Part shown: positions 26,124 through 39,686 of the stretch, in pieces
How the letters are laid out: each line of letters opens with the position of its first letter
Numbering within the stretch: the first letter of the stretch is position 1
Source: Eledone cirrhosa
Lineage: Eukaryota
NCBI GenBank assembly: GCA_964016885.1
Contig: OZ024746.1
Coordinates: 26,350,001 to 26,414,000 of the forward strand
Direction of reading: 5' to 3'
Length of the DNA: 64,000 nt
The notes under the pieces: generated by a model
What the model saw: the letters and a program-made list of their open reading frames with translations, nothing else
Databases searched by the model: none
Told to the model about the DNA's origin: nothing
Program-made: the position numbers and the translations under genes

Positions 26124-26499
26124 TCAAATTATATATATATGGCGTCCAGTGTGATGGTCGCCAGACCCCATCATCAAGGTGTCTAAAGCGGTTCGGAGCC
26201 TGAGGGTTGCCAAGAAAATGTATATGCAATTTGATGTGACACAGGAACCATTCAATGTCCGTGCGGGTCTCAAATTCGTCACCACAAGACAAGAGTGGTA
26301 TGAAACGCAGACCTCTACTGAGAAGTGAACGCTTGGAACCAGACAGCAGAAGGTTGAAGGAGTGGGGTAGAGTGACAACAAGTTGTGGGTGGGAGGGATT
26401 TGGAGGGTTGGGCGAGGAGTGGGTAGTGGGAAAAGGGTCATGTATGGTGGAGGCTATTCCTCACTGATGAGGTCAGAGTAATACTGAAAGCTGTCTACC

Positions 26500-26908
26500 T
26501 CAACATGAATGCTACCAAACTATTCAGTTATGTTTGCAACCGAAATGGGATTCCTCCGAAGGGTCATTGGAGTAACGTTACTCAATAAAGTGTGTTGCTT
26601 GGAGATCAGAGTGTTGCTCAAGGTAGAGCTGCTATTCCTCCGAACTGAGAGATCACAGCTCTGATACTATGAGCATGTGGTTAGAATGTCTCAGGAAAGA
26701 ATCACTGGACAGATTTTACAGGTAAAACCAACCGGAAAGAGACCCAACTGTAAACCCCAAGCAAGATGTTTGTATAACATCCATGAGCTTGGCTGGTCAT
26801 GCTTGGGGATCCCACTGAATCAGTTGGAGACAGTTGCTTCTGACAGGACACACTGTTTGAGGACTCTGCCCCCGTGACCTTCTCAAGAAGAAGAAGAAGA
26901 AGAAGAAG
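26500..26908 (+). mobile_element. RTE (Expander-like) LINE 3' fragment with (GAA)n tail
   Basis: ATEMGFLRRVIGVTL...HVVRMSQER; related minus-strand copies at 32497-32670 and 40303-40860. Confidence 0.8.
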
Positions 26909-27189
26909 TTAATGAAATTCTGAGCTAGTCTATGGAGTTAGAAAAATTAAATTATTAACTTTGCCATAGATAGGGAATCAATATAACCAGTTGTAGAAAA
27001 TGTAATTTTTGTTTGTCATACCAAATTTATATATACAAGTTGATATACAGATGTTGTTCTGTATCTATTATATTATTACAATCAGGCATGACATGACTCA
27101 TTTTGTTATTGAGAGAAAATAGGCCATTATATTCATGTTTATACTAAGCTTCAAATAAAGCCATTTAGATAGTTATTTTATTCCCCCCC

Positions 27190-29990
27190 ACCACCACTCC
27201 TACAACTGTTAGCCCACCCCCAGCACCACCCAACCTCTGTTCTAGTCCCACCATTAGAACCAATGCTGCTTACCCTGCCTCTTTTAGGAGTTCACTCCCT
27301 CACTCGAATTCCAACGCTGGCCCTCTACCTTCGGTTGCTGCCAGCTCACCAGCTGATTGTGCTCTCTGTGCCCACACTAGCTGGTACCTAAAGATAATTA
27401 AATATCACCTGTGCTACCAAAAGTACCACAGGAGTTGTGTCGGCATCACCAAGGCTCAAGCAGAAAGGCTTCAATACAGGACCTGTAATCAATGTCACTT
27501 CAGCTCCGATGTACTCCTTGGAGACATCCCACGCTTCGACGACCAGCTCTCTACCAAGGACTTTGCCGCATCCCTCCAGGGTTTATCCAAATCGAAGCTC
27601 ATCAACTGGATCCGTAAGGACGCTTGGAATAGCTTTGCTCGTGCCCTCTCCCACCTATTGAAAAACGTTTATTTATCCAACAATACGTCTGGCAGAAACT
27701 GTTTTTCTTCCCTCTCATCTCTCTTCACGTGCACAATGCGAAATCGGGTTCCCTCACATCCTTTCTCAAGTGGCAGTTCCAGCTGTTTGAGTCCACCCCA
27801 GCCACTTCTCGCCTCAGTTTGACATCAAGCTCAGTGCCTACCAACAGACAACTGATAAACCTCAAGGTTGATATTCCTTATCAGCTGGTGACGCCGGACT
27901 CGAGCTCTTAGAGAGTCTGACTCAGTTTGTGAATCTGCTCTCTTCAGTGAACGTTCTCCCCTATATTCACCCACTGTTCTTTGGTGAGAAATGATTGCGG
28001 CTGGTTGCCCCCTTCGCTGTCTCACTGAAAAGGTGTGTTTGCTATTGGTCTCTCACTCACTGGTGGAGGAATTTTCCCGCATCCAGCTATGAGTGGTACC
28101 AGCACCTTTACCAACTTGCCCTCCTTCTCCCCCAAGGTCATCCTCAAACTTGACCTCAAGAACGCTTTCAACTCCGTCAGTCGTGATGTCGTCCTCAGCT
28201 CAGTAAGAGAGAAGGTCCCTCAACTCTACCACTTTGCTTAGCAGGCTTATCGGGAACCCTCCTACTTCTATTTTGGTGACCAAATCATCACCTCTGCCTC
28301 AGGAGTCCAAAAGGGTGACCCACTCGGGCCCGCTCTGTTTGCACTGGGTATTGATGACATCACCAAGATAGGGAGTTGAGCGGGACTTCAACGTCTGGTA
28401 TCTCGCCGACGCTTGTTTGGAGGGACCTTCAGATAAGGTTCTCACCACTGCTAAGAAAATGGTTGAGGAGCTTGGCCGTCGGCATCTCCAAGTCAATAGC
28501 TCCAAATGTGAGCTCTGGATCCTCAACCACCTGGCTTCTCAACATCAACAGACAATTGATCAGTTTACAGAGTCCCTCTCTTCCATTGCAGTCCCTCCCC
28601 TGTCGGTTTAGTGCTCCTTAGGAGCCCCAATTACAGACCTTGCCTTCGAGTCAATCTTCCAATTGAAGATGGCTGGCCTTGAGCAGTTGCTGAAGAATAT
28701 TGAAGCAATCAAACCCTATCAAGTTTTTTCATACTCAGAAACTACCTTTCGATTCCTAAGCTTCTATATATGCTCAGGGTCAGCCCTTCTCACAGATTTC
28801 CATGCTGCCTCCAACGCATCGACAACCTAATCTTTGAGAGACTCGAGTGCCATGATCAGGCTGCGTTGCCCAAGAGATTTGAGGGTCTTGGTCTTCGTAA
28901 ATATTTGTCCCTCTCTCTCCCTTGTTTCCTTTCCTCCACCCATGATTATTCGACCCTGGTGAGCAACATCCTCTCCTTTCCAATATGGACAAGTTCCAAC
29001 AGGGAGTTGGATGAAGATTTCCAACAAAGGAGTGAATCAGGCTTGTCTGTTCCAGACAAAGTGGAGGACAGTCGAAGTCAGAGGGCTTGGGACATTGTAA
29101 GTTCGAAGGCCACCTTTGAATCCCTCTTCGTCCAGTTGGATCAGTTTTCAAGGTGCTGCTTACTGTCTGCCAGCACCAAATACTCAGGTGACTGGGATGA
29201 CGCCCTACTTGTGGCTAACATTGGTGGCCTACTCAACTTGGGTGAACTTCGCATCTCCATTGCCCTCAGAATGGGAGCTGACATCTGTATGGGTCTGAGG
29301 TGTCGATGCGGAAAACTCCTCAATGCCACAGGCCTCCATGGTCTTTCTTGCCACCTGAAAGCAGGTCGCTTCACACGTCACACGGGGCTAAACTTTATTC
29401 TCAAGAGAGCTTTGGCCCAGGCAAACATCCCCTCAATCTTGGAACCATCTGGGTTCTCCAGAACTGATGGGAAAAGACCTGATGGCCTTACCCTGTGCCC
29501 CTGGTCAAGAGGCAGATACCTTGTCTGAGACATCACAATGACATCAGTGACTCTTTGCTTCCCACATCCTGGATGTTGCAGTTAAGGCAAGAGCCACAGC
29601 TTCCGCAGCTGAATGGAACAAAATCCTAAAATACCTGATCTACATTTTCCAGCCTGTGGCATTCGAGACATTTGGAGGAGTCGGGCTACTGACTGTGAGA
29701 TTCCTATCTTCACTAGCAGCTCACCTAACAGAGGTAAGTGGTGAAGCTCGTGAGGGCGCTTGGTTGTTCCAGCATATCAGCCTTGCCATCATCCGAGGTA
29801 ACGCTTGCTCCTTGCAATACAGCTATCTTTTACTCTGGTAGCAGCTTGGTTGTCCACCCCTTTCACATGCCTTTTGTTGTATGTGGTCCCAGATGTGTGT
29901 GCTAACAGCTTCTGCATTTTTTCTTTCTTTTCCTTTCTTTTTCTTTTTCTGTTTTCCCTTTCCCTTTCCTTTATATTATATTTGTTTGTG
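27190..29990 (+). mobile_element. Decayed CRE-like non-LTR retrotransposon with restriction-like endonuclease
   Basis: LKLDLKNAFNSVSR, GVQKGDPLGP, QAALPKRFEGLGLR, CRCG..HGLSC, RH, KRPDGLTLCPWSRG, AFETFGG, SLAIIRGNA; multiple stops and frameshifts. Confidence 0.85.
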
Positions 29991-30032
29991 CTTTCGTTCT
30001 ATAAGCATTGAATTATTATATTTCTTTTTGAT

Positions 30033-30305
30033 AAGGCGGTGGATTGGCAGTGTTGATAGAAGGCCGGATGCCATGCTTTGCAGCATAGAGTTATGGCGCT
30101 TTATGATCTGAGTTCAAATCCTGCCGAGGTTAACTTTGCCTTTCATCCTTAAGGGGTCGATAAAATAAAGCACTAGTAATGCATTGGGTCAATATAATCG
30201 ACTTTCCCCTCTCCCCCAAAATTGCTGGCCTTATGCCTATATAAGAAACCATTATTATAGTAATGCACTGGGTAATTGCTGGCCTTGTGCCAAAAGTAGA
30301 AACAA
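30033..30305 (+). mobile_element. tRNA-derived SINE with gcctttcatcct..ggggtcgataaa central domain
   Basis: B box gagttcaaatc; further copies at about 41243-41428, 47176-47345, 49772-49960, 49975-50190, 51553-51740 (+) and 59392-59515 (-). Confidence 0.8.
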
Positions 30306-30634
30306 TTATTATATTTCTTTTTGTATATATTATATGTGTTTTTGTTCTGTAAACATTATAGAAACAATTATTATTATTAGTGAATAAAATAAAATCACAC
30401 AATTAGTTTCAACTTATAAAAATCTGACATACCGAAGATTATGACTAAATGACACTGATATGCAGTGGTATCTAACAGGTATCTAATAAATAATTGTGAA
30501 CGAAACTTCTTGATGATTTGTAAATTCTATATATCTATTGAATTGAATAATACATGTATCTAGAACATCCATTTCTTTCCCCTCTAATCTTGCTTCCCTT
30601 GTCATTCTCTCTCTCTCTCTCTCTCTCCCTCTCC

Positions 30635-30666
<32 letters not shown>

Positions 30667-30962
30667 ATATATATATGTATATATCCCGTTCTCTCTCTCT
30701 CTCTTTCTTCTGCTGTCTCTCTCTCCTCTTTCCTCCACTTTCTCTCTCTCTCCCCACTTCCCCCTCTATCTACTATGCCCAGAATCTTGCCCCCCACCTA
30801 AAGCAATATCAAATTAAAATAACCATCCAATAGATTCACCCAGTTGTAGCTAGATCACTTATCTACACTATCGCAATACCATCCAGACAGTTTCCAGGCA
30901 AAATCTGCATTAGAAGTTGCAATCTACCTTGAGGAAAACAAAAAAACAAAAAAAAACAAAAA

Positions 30963-31002
30963 ATGAATTCATTTCTTCTCACTGCTCTGTTTTTGTTAAG
31001 TG
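30963..31002 (+). CDS. Exon 1 (coding part) of a small secreted six-Cys, probably GPI-anchored protein
   Basis: aaaATG MNSFLLTALFLLS-G|gtaagt; phase 1 matches exon 2 and completes a signal peptide. Confidence 0.75.
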
Positions 31003-31810
31003 GTAAGTTCTTTAAAGTTAATTACTTTTAGAAACTCTCTTTGCCCACTCAATTTTGTTTTTAATATTCGTTGATGACAGAATTTTTTTTAATTTCAAAT
31101 CAAATTTTTTAACATTTTTTAAAGAAATATTTTTGGTGTCTATGAAATAGTTTTCCAGTTTCTTGCATTGCATTGAAGATACATTAATAGCATATAATAT
31201 ATATATATATATATATGAAATGCAGTTCGGGTTTGTGTCAGGTAAAAGTACCACAGACGCTCTTTTCATTGTACGACAACTACAGGAGAAGTACCTAGCT
31301 AAACTCTAATAAATATTCAAATGCAATATCAAAATTTAAATACAACTTAAATTTCTATGTGTTAATATCACCTAAAATGAGATAATTTCAGCCTTGAAAA
31401 TTTTATATCTCTCAATATTTTTCCATAATGGAATTACAATTCACCTGTTATTTCTATATGACTTACAAATTAACCCAAACAACCTATATAATTAGCAGAA
31501 ACTTCTTCCTCTATCCAAACTTTATTATCAATCCTAAATCAGCATTGGATTTGAAAAATAATTTTTTTCTTACTATATATGTATTTATGTATACACATAT
31601 AACCTCCATTAAGAAACAAGGCATGCCTTCAAAATTGGTTTTTTTTTAAATATTACTAATTTATTGAATATTATTTATTAAATATTACTTCCTCAAGTTA
31701 GCAATACAGTAACTTATAAATTAATCTAATAAACTTGTATAATAACCAAATAATTTCCCTATATCTAAATTAGAACACCTATGTGAAAACAGGTTTATTT
31801 ATTATCAACC

Positions 31811-32470
31811 TGTAGCGGTTGTCTCCCTTGTTTGGATTAACGTCTGGACGGGAAGTGGGGCCCTTTCTGTAACTTCCGGTCAGAGCCCTATAAAACTAAC
31901 AACTTTAAGCTCTCTTTCTCTCATTGCCTTTTCGGCACCAGGTCAAGAGCCTCTCATTTGGCTCTGCCATTCATTTGGCCAACAGGCGCCTGGCCTTAGC
32001 CAGGCGTCCTCTGCCAGCCGCGTTTGCCTGGCAATCAAAACGGTAACTACTAACTTTGCTTCATTCTATTATACTCATCTTTGACATGTCAACTATACTA
32101 TCTACCATTGTTAATTAAATATTATCTACAAACACAAACCATGTATTCCTTCTTACATTCATACTACCCAGTATCCTCGCTATATTGGTGACCCCGACGT
32201 GATACGAACACGCAGCCGTTCATCGCTATAAGTGGTCACCCAAAAAAAATAAAAAAATAGCACATCTGGTTTTGTGTGAGTAACATTACGAATACGCAGT
32301 AAATTTATCGACAAACTATGAAAATACTCAGTAAAAGAAACAAACGCACACACGCACATGTGGAATTCGCGTTCAGACAGACTTTTTCTCTCACGCACCA
32401 CAGTATCCTCGCTATATTGGTGACCCCGACATGAATTAAGACATCTTTTCTCAGATTTATTACCTCTAAC
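31811..32470 (+). mobile_element. Second CsRn1-like LTR (31811-32184) with tRNA-Trp PBS and truncated leader
   Basis: Termini tgtagcg...cgctata, TATA-like tataaaa, PBS at 32186-32203; no internal ORFs or 3' LTR seen. Confidence 0.8.
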
Positions 32471-32705
32471 ACAAGGCACTCACAACTTTTATGATCTTCT
32501 TCTTCTTCTTCTTCTTCGCCCACTTATTCCTGAGAGGTTGGTGGTAGCAGAGTCCTCAAACACTCCCTCCAGCGGGTCCTGCCAGCAGCCACCACCTTCA
32601 ACTGATTGGACTGGATCTCCAAGCTAGACCAGCCAAGTTTATGGATGCTATCCAACCATCTAGCTTGGGGTATACCCAGAAAAATTAAACAACTGTTTTA
32701 TAGAA

Positions 32706-32737
<32 letters not shown>

Positions 32738-33066
32738 CTTCTTCTTCTTCTTCTTCTTCTTCTTCTTCTTCTTCTTCTTCTTCTTCTTTCTGCTTCTTTG
32801 TCCACTTACTCCTCTAATGATAGTGTGGACAAGGTCCTACAACACTCCTTCCACTATCTTTATCAATCAAAGGAGGCAATCTGGAATATATATTTGTATG
32901 GTATATCTATTATTATATCTACCCCGTTTATGTACTACCAATAAAGATTCTAACTTCATTGTTTCCAAAGAAGACGGTATGATCGAACCTGTATATTATG
33001 ATAGTATACAGTTCTCTAACTGCTATAGATAAGTCAATTTTTCAATATATATAAATTTCAATATAT

Positions 33067-33433
33067 ATAAATTTAAATAATTTAAAAAACCATACAATGC
33101 ATTGGAAAATTAAAGGTGCCAAGATAGTTATAGAATATTACCTTAGCAAATTTAATAATCCCAAATATTTTCAGGTTTGAAAACTCATTATCAAGGGAGT
33201 ATCCCTGTGAAGGTCTTAAAGAATCAGTCAGAGATAAGTTGCTGTTAAGAAGGCAGATTAAATTTATTTCCGACCGATCCTTTAAGACCTTCACAGGCAC
33301 AATCCCTTGTTTCGGGTTTTTAAACCGGAAAATATTTGGGACAATTAAATTTATTAAAGTAAGATTCTATCATTATCTTGGCACCTTTAATTTTCTAATA
33401 CATTGTATGGCTTTTAAAATTATTTAAATTTAT
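33067..33433. repeat. Diverged foldback element, arms of about 170 bp
   Basis: aattaaaggtgccaagata versus tatcttggcacctttaatt; cctgtgaaggtctta versus taagaccttcacagg. Confidence 0.85.
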
Positions 33434-33559
33434 ACTTCCTATTCAACAATGCTTCAAGCAAACTACAACACTCTGTTATATATATATATATATATATCCC
33501 CACAGCTAGTAACACATTTAAAAGCATATTACTTGATGCTTTTGACAGTAAGGAAGATC

Positions 33560-36130
33560 AATTAGAGACATACAATATAGAGGGAATTCCTGAAAGTTAA
33601 CCTGCTGAAGGCAACAGATGAAATCTGTGGCTGGAGCAGACCTATAGGTAGGAGGAGAGTAACGTGGTGGTGGAACAGTAAGGTGGAAAGTATGGCGGGA
33701 TGGGGGAAGTAGAGAATACTATCAAGTGGCCAGGAGGGAAGCTAGGAGACAAGTGTACTTTGCAAGATGGGAAGCAGAGGAAAGAAAGTTCAAGCATGTT
33801 CTACAACGCGAGGACCAAAAATATGAGGTGTTCAGGATTGCTAGGCAATGTGTCAAAGAAAACCGTGATATTGTCAGGGAGAAGTGTGTCCGTAATGATG
33901 ATGGTGTACTTGCCATCACTGATGCTGATAAGAAGGTGGCTTGGAAGTGTCACTACGAGACGCTACTAAATGAGGGGAATAAATGGGAAAAAGATAGTCT
34001 GCCCCACATCGATCCAATAGAGGGACCAGCAGTGCAAGTTGAAGGTAGTATAATAAGTAAGGCAATCAAAGATATGAAGACAAGCAAGGCAGCTGAGCCT
34101 TCAGAGATAGTTGCTGAAATGCTAAAAGCATCTGGAACGGTGGGACACACCATGGTCATCCGGATAGTAAACCAAGTCATACAGAACAGGGTCATACCAA
34201 ATGACTGGCATAGCAGCATCATCATTAACTGCTACAAGGGTAAAGGAGATGCCCTAGATAAGGGAAACTATAGAGGCATTAAATTAATTGACCAGGTTAT
34301 GAAGGTCACAGAAAAATCTATAGCGCATCTAATCAGAGAGCAAACTGATCTAGACGAAATGCAGTTTGGGTTTGTGTCAGGTAAAAGTACCACAAACGCC
34401 TTTTTCCTTGTACGACAACTACAGGAGAAGTACCTAGCTAAAGGTAAACCCCTATACTTAGCTTTTGTTGACTTGGAGAAATATTTAACAGAGTTCCCCC
34501 ACGCCATTATCTGGTGGGCCCTTAGAAAACTAGGGGTTGATGAATGGCTTGTGAGAGCTATACAAGCCATGTATAAAGAAACAGTCAGCAAGGTTAGAAT
34601 TAACAACGAATATAGTGAAGAATTTAGCATAAAAGTTGGTGTTCATCAGGGCTCTGTCCTTAGCCCCCTCCTATTTATTATTGCCCTTCAGGCTATAACA
34701 GAGAAGTTCAAGACTGGCTGCCCATTGGAATTTCTATATGCAGATGATCTAATGCTTATAGCTGAATTGATGGCTGAGTAGTGGGATCACAGGTAAGCTA
34801 TCTAAGAACGTAGATTTTATATGTGGCCAGTGCTCAGGTGCAATATGTTTGAACTAGAGAAGAAATTCCAAACATGGAAGCATTGCCTAGAATCAAAGGC
34901 CTTAAAGTTAACTTGTCTAAGACTAAAGTTCTAGAATGTAGGAAGGAAAATAGGGTACAGGTCCCCCCTAGGAAATGGCCATGCTCAGTGTGTAGGAAAG
35001 GAGTAGGCATAAATTCCATTTTATATCCCAAATGCAAAGTATGGGTGCATAAAAGATGTAGTGGGATCATAGGTAAGCTATCTAAGAACGTAGATTTTAT
35101 ATGTGGCCAGTGCTCAGGTGCAATAAGTAGCAAGTGCCCACAGGATACTAGCTTCTTCTATTGCCCAGATGGCTCTATAGAAATAGTAGACACCTTCCAT
35201 TACCTGGGTGACAAAATCAGCAGTGGGGGAGGGTGCTCTGAAAGTACAGTAGCCAGAGTCAGAATGGGATGGAAAAAGTTCAGAGAGCTTATACCACTAT
35301 TGGCCACTAAAGGTTTCTCTCTAAAAATGAAAGGCAGACTGTATGATGCCTGCATACAAACAGCTATGTTACATGGCAGTGAGACATGGGCATTGTGTGC
35401 AGAGGATCTGCGCAGACTGGAGAGGAACGAAGCATGCATGCTCCGCTGGATGTGTAATAGTAATATACGTGAACAGTAAACATAAATGAACTAAGTGAGA
35501 AATTAGGAATAAGAGGGATCAGATGCTGTTTACTCGAGAGAAGACTACGTTGGTATGGCCACGTGATACGCATGAAAGACGACAGCTGTATAAAAATGTG
35601 CAGGGTGATCAAAATTGACGAAAGTTATGGAGTAGGCAGACTCAGAAAAACCTGGGACGATTTAATAAATTCCGACCTTACACACTTACACCTCTCTAAG
35701 ACAATGTCACTGGACCGAGATCTTTGGCGCTACGCAGTAATACAGAAAACCCGCCTTGCCTAAGTACAAAGTGAAACCTAGTCAGTAGGCACCTCCTAAC
35801 CAAATATACACCCGCATCCCATTACCCCAACTCCCCCCAACCCCACCCCTATCAACACCACCCCTTTCTCTGTAAAGTTATGTTGGTACCACAAATCCAG
35901 TCCTAAATTAATGAGGTCGTGTAGGTGTCACAACAAAAAAAACACAGTCCATGCTGTAATGTGGCCATGTAGGTAACACGGTAAAACCTCCCAGTCCACA
36001 CTGTAAACCTGGTTGGTGTTAGGAAGGGCATCCAGCCGTAGAAAACCTGCCAGACAGTCCTATACGAGCGAGACGACCAATCTTGCCTCAAGTGGGACAA
36101 TTCCCGTCTAAACCCATGCTAGCGTGATGA
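33560..36130 (+). mobile_element. RTE LINE family A, long 5'-truncated copy
   Basis: ORFs 33726-34781 (NYRGIKL, QFGF, GVHQGSVLSP, YADD) and 34874-35479 (zinc finger, HGSETW). Confidence 0.93.
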
Positions 36131-37290
36131 TATATATATATATATATATTAGGTTATGCAAGAAATGCTTAGGATTATCCTGAATTCAGTAATGGTTAAT
36201 TACTACACTAGATAGAGTCGACGTACGGTGAGGGGTTACTCAACAAGTTACAAAAGAACAGTTAAAGAAACTTGGTTTCCAATTCTTCTATATTCCGGTG
36301 TGTAGATAAAGAATGATTAATAAAACAAGTAGACATCATAAAAAGGTAATTTATTCCCAGTGTTTACAAATCTTTCTTTAGTAGTTACTCAGTAGATACT
36401 CAATTTTCCAATGCTTTTCGTACCACCAAATCTTCAGAACGAATGGCTGAATCATGGTTTCTTTCTATTTCTTAAAGGGAGTAATTGGGGAAGATAGAGT
36501 AGAAAAGGAAGAGAGAAAGAAAAGGAAAGAGAGAGAGAGATAGATATGTAGGGGCTAGGAGAAATTGGAGAGAGTGGTTAGAAGAATACAGATAGCTTAA
36601 TCTAAATGTTGTGATAGGGGTCAAACAAGTGGTTATATTATACTGCTTACTCTCAAAGTGACAATTTAGGCATTGTGTTGATATTATCAAGTTTATTGCT
36701 ACAGAGAGCAGGTTAATAGATGTAGAGAAGGAGGGAGATAGACAGAGAGCGAGAGAGAGAGAAAGAGAAAGAAAGAGAGAGGGAGGGGACAGAAAAAGTT
36801 AAGAGAAGGGGAAGGAAAGGCGATATACACTGAGTTGATAGTTGTAGTTTGCTGATCGTACTTAAGTATCCATTTATTACGATAAGCAAGGTACTAATTA
36901 GTAGTGTGGGGGGAGGGGGATATAGTTAGGAAGTAAGTATTGAGTGAAATTAGTTAGCGAGAAAGTGGTGTAATAGTCTCGGATTCAAATTATGTTAAGT
37001 TACTTTTATAGTGAGAAAATTTAGCCTTCAGTTTGTGGTTGCAGTATAACGATCGTTCGATTCTGTCATATATATATATATATACTGTCATTTGAGAAAG
37101 TTGAGTATCTGCAAATTAATAACTACCAATTTGCATATAGCATGACTAGGCTGTGTAATATATATATTATATTCATTTATGTTTAGTGGTTCACTACTGA
37201 ATAGAACTGGTCATTCTGTTTAGTTAACCATGATGTAATAGTAGGAAAATCACTCTGATTTATTTTTCTTTCTATTTGTATAATTTCTAG

Positions 37291-37363
37291 TTGCCACCAT
37301 TGCTTCCGCTGACTGCAGTGCCAGTGACAATCAGGCATGTTTGAAGAAAGAAGGGAATTGCAA
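37291..37363 (+). CDS. Exon 2 of the small six-Cys protein
   Basis: Polypyrimidine tract ...ttctag| (V)ATIASADCSASDNQACLKKEGNC-AA |gtaagt; phases 1/2. Confidence 0.85.
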
Positions 37364-37738
37364 GTAAGTTACCTGTGTACAAATTATATCTCCTAGAGCC
37401 TTTTGCAAATTAACTTTTAATGTAGTGTACCACGTGAAACCACATTAGCAAGATGTTCTTGAAAAGTTCAAAACAGCACTATGACAGCATCACATTCAAA
37501 ATTTATGTCATTACTCTAATATTTTCAACAAACAGGTTTTTAAATATTTTTTGCTAAATCATTACAGGATATTAACAGATAATACTGCAACTTTTTACAA
37601 CGATTTGTTCAGAAGTTAAGATACTATAAATATTTGAATTAACAAATCCATTTTTAAACATTTTCTACTAAATCATTACAGAATGTTCAAAATAGTGTTT
37701 TATCTTTAAACAACATTTTTTTCCTGTTTATTTTTCAG

Positions 37739-37809
37739 TAAGATTAATTGTTTGGCGAATATTAATTGTACCTTATCAGCGCCTTTTAAGCTTTTAAAAC
37801 CAGCATGTG
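37739..37809 (+). CDS. Exon 3 of the small six-Cys protein
   Basis: tttttcag| (N)KINCLANINCTLSAPFKLLKPAC-G |gtaaga; phases 2/1. Confidence 0.85.
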
Positions 37810-39686
37810 GTAAGAACAGTTATTTAATAATTATTTATATCATCATCATCATTATCGCCATTTAGTGTCTATTTTTCTGTGCTTGCATGGGTTAGATCAC
37901 GAGTCTCAAGCAAGCAACCTACGAGTTGCATGCAAACTACTTTTCTATGTCCCACATCAGAACAAGTTTTGTGACTAATATTTTCCTAAAACATGGTAAT
38001 TTGTCCCTGTTTTAATATATTTATGGTACAATTTATTGCAATTTACTCATGAAATAAATAAAATGGAATAAACAGAACTTATAAAAAATAACAATGGAAC
38101 GAAAGGTATTTAACCAAAAGTAAAAATGGAATTAAGGAAAATTTGTCTCCCTTCATTTTGTACTAATTCACATGTCCCTCTTACTATCATATGTGTATCC
38201 ATTTTGATGAAAAAAAAAAAATAGTACCGTATCAGTTGTATTGCAAATTAGCATTATAAATCATGTCCCATCCCTTCATCTCACTTTTGGCCCAGGATGT
38301 AATGGCTTTTTTGAGTCCTTGAGTTGGAGACTACTGGGTGAGATAGTTTATCATGTACTAAAATTAGACTAGACAGTTGACCACATCATGCTCTAATGCT
38401 CCATTCTGTCTTGGTTTCTGCACCTTGATGATCTTAACACTAATCACTTTACAGCATTCTATTGTAAATCTGCCACTTTCACATACAGGGGGGATTGGGT
38501 GCTTTTTGTAATGACACCAACACTACTCCCTTACAAGATGAACTGGAAAATTTTTATTGTGACATCAACACTACCACTCTACAAAGTGGGCTGGGTGCAT
38601 TTTACCATCTTTGAATAGAAACCTAGGTTGTAAAATGTTTCATATATGCTTACCATACTGAAAGAGAAACAAAGTAGTAGAAGTAGTAATAGTAGTAGTA
38701 GTAGTAATAGTAGTAGTAGCAGCAGTAGTAGCTATTGTTGTTGTTGATATAGCCCCTGGTCATCTTAGTCAAGCTGATCTATGTTAAAATCATTTTTATT
38801 ATTTTTCAGCCATAGTGTATGTAGGAATCCCTTATCCAGTATGTCCTTCCATTTTCTTTAAGATGGTAGTATATGATTTGAAGGAAATTGGTTGTTATTT
38901 CTAGTAGTCCCAGCAACCATGTATAGGCTATGTTTGATCCAGAGGACTGCAATGGTATAACCAAAATATTTTTAAAGGTTCAATAACTCTGAATTGATCT
39001 AAGGGCGTCTGAAACTGTATATGTCAAAATAATAAGGCACTGATGAATATATCTTTAAAATCACTTATTTTAAATAGTTCTAACAGTTTAACATCTGGTG
39101 GGATTAACCATAGTTTATTACTGGTATTTATGTTATCATTCATGAAAACCATAAAGCTGAAGTTGAGCATGGCAACATTTGAATTAAAATTATGAATGTT
39201 TAGTTAGTTTCTAATATTTCATTATTAATTATTTTGATACCAAACCACCTGAAACTGTCCATGATTCAAAACTACTTATTTTAAAGTGTTTATATTTATT
39301 TACAATCCTTCCATTATAAATATATGTAAGAAATTAATTGAGTTGTGAAACTGAATAAGGATATATAGTTATATAATGATAGATTTAAGATGAGAACAAA
39401 GTAAAATTTGTGATTTTAGAGAGCTCTGTAATTAACCTATTACATAGGTTATGAATTATAAAACAAAATAGTTTCACTGTTTTTGCATCAACATTCTAGA
39501 AACTCACTGTGGCATTTAGAAGCTAAACTTGTAGAAATGACCTGAATTAATATAATCCATAAAAAACATCTTTAAATGCATAGAATATAAAAGTTTAGAA
39601 ATTTATATACTTTTTGTTTGTTGTAAATATAAAATTTGCTTCAAGCAAACTACAACACTTCCTAAAAAAATTTGTTTTATTTTCAG

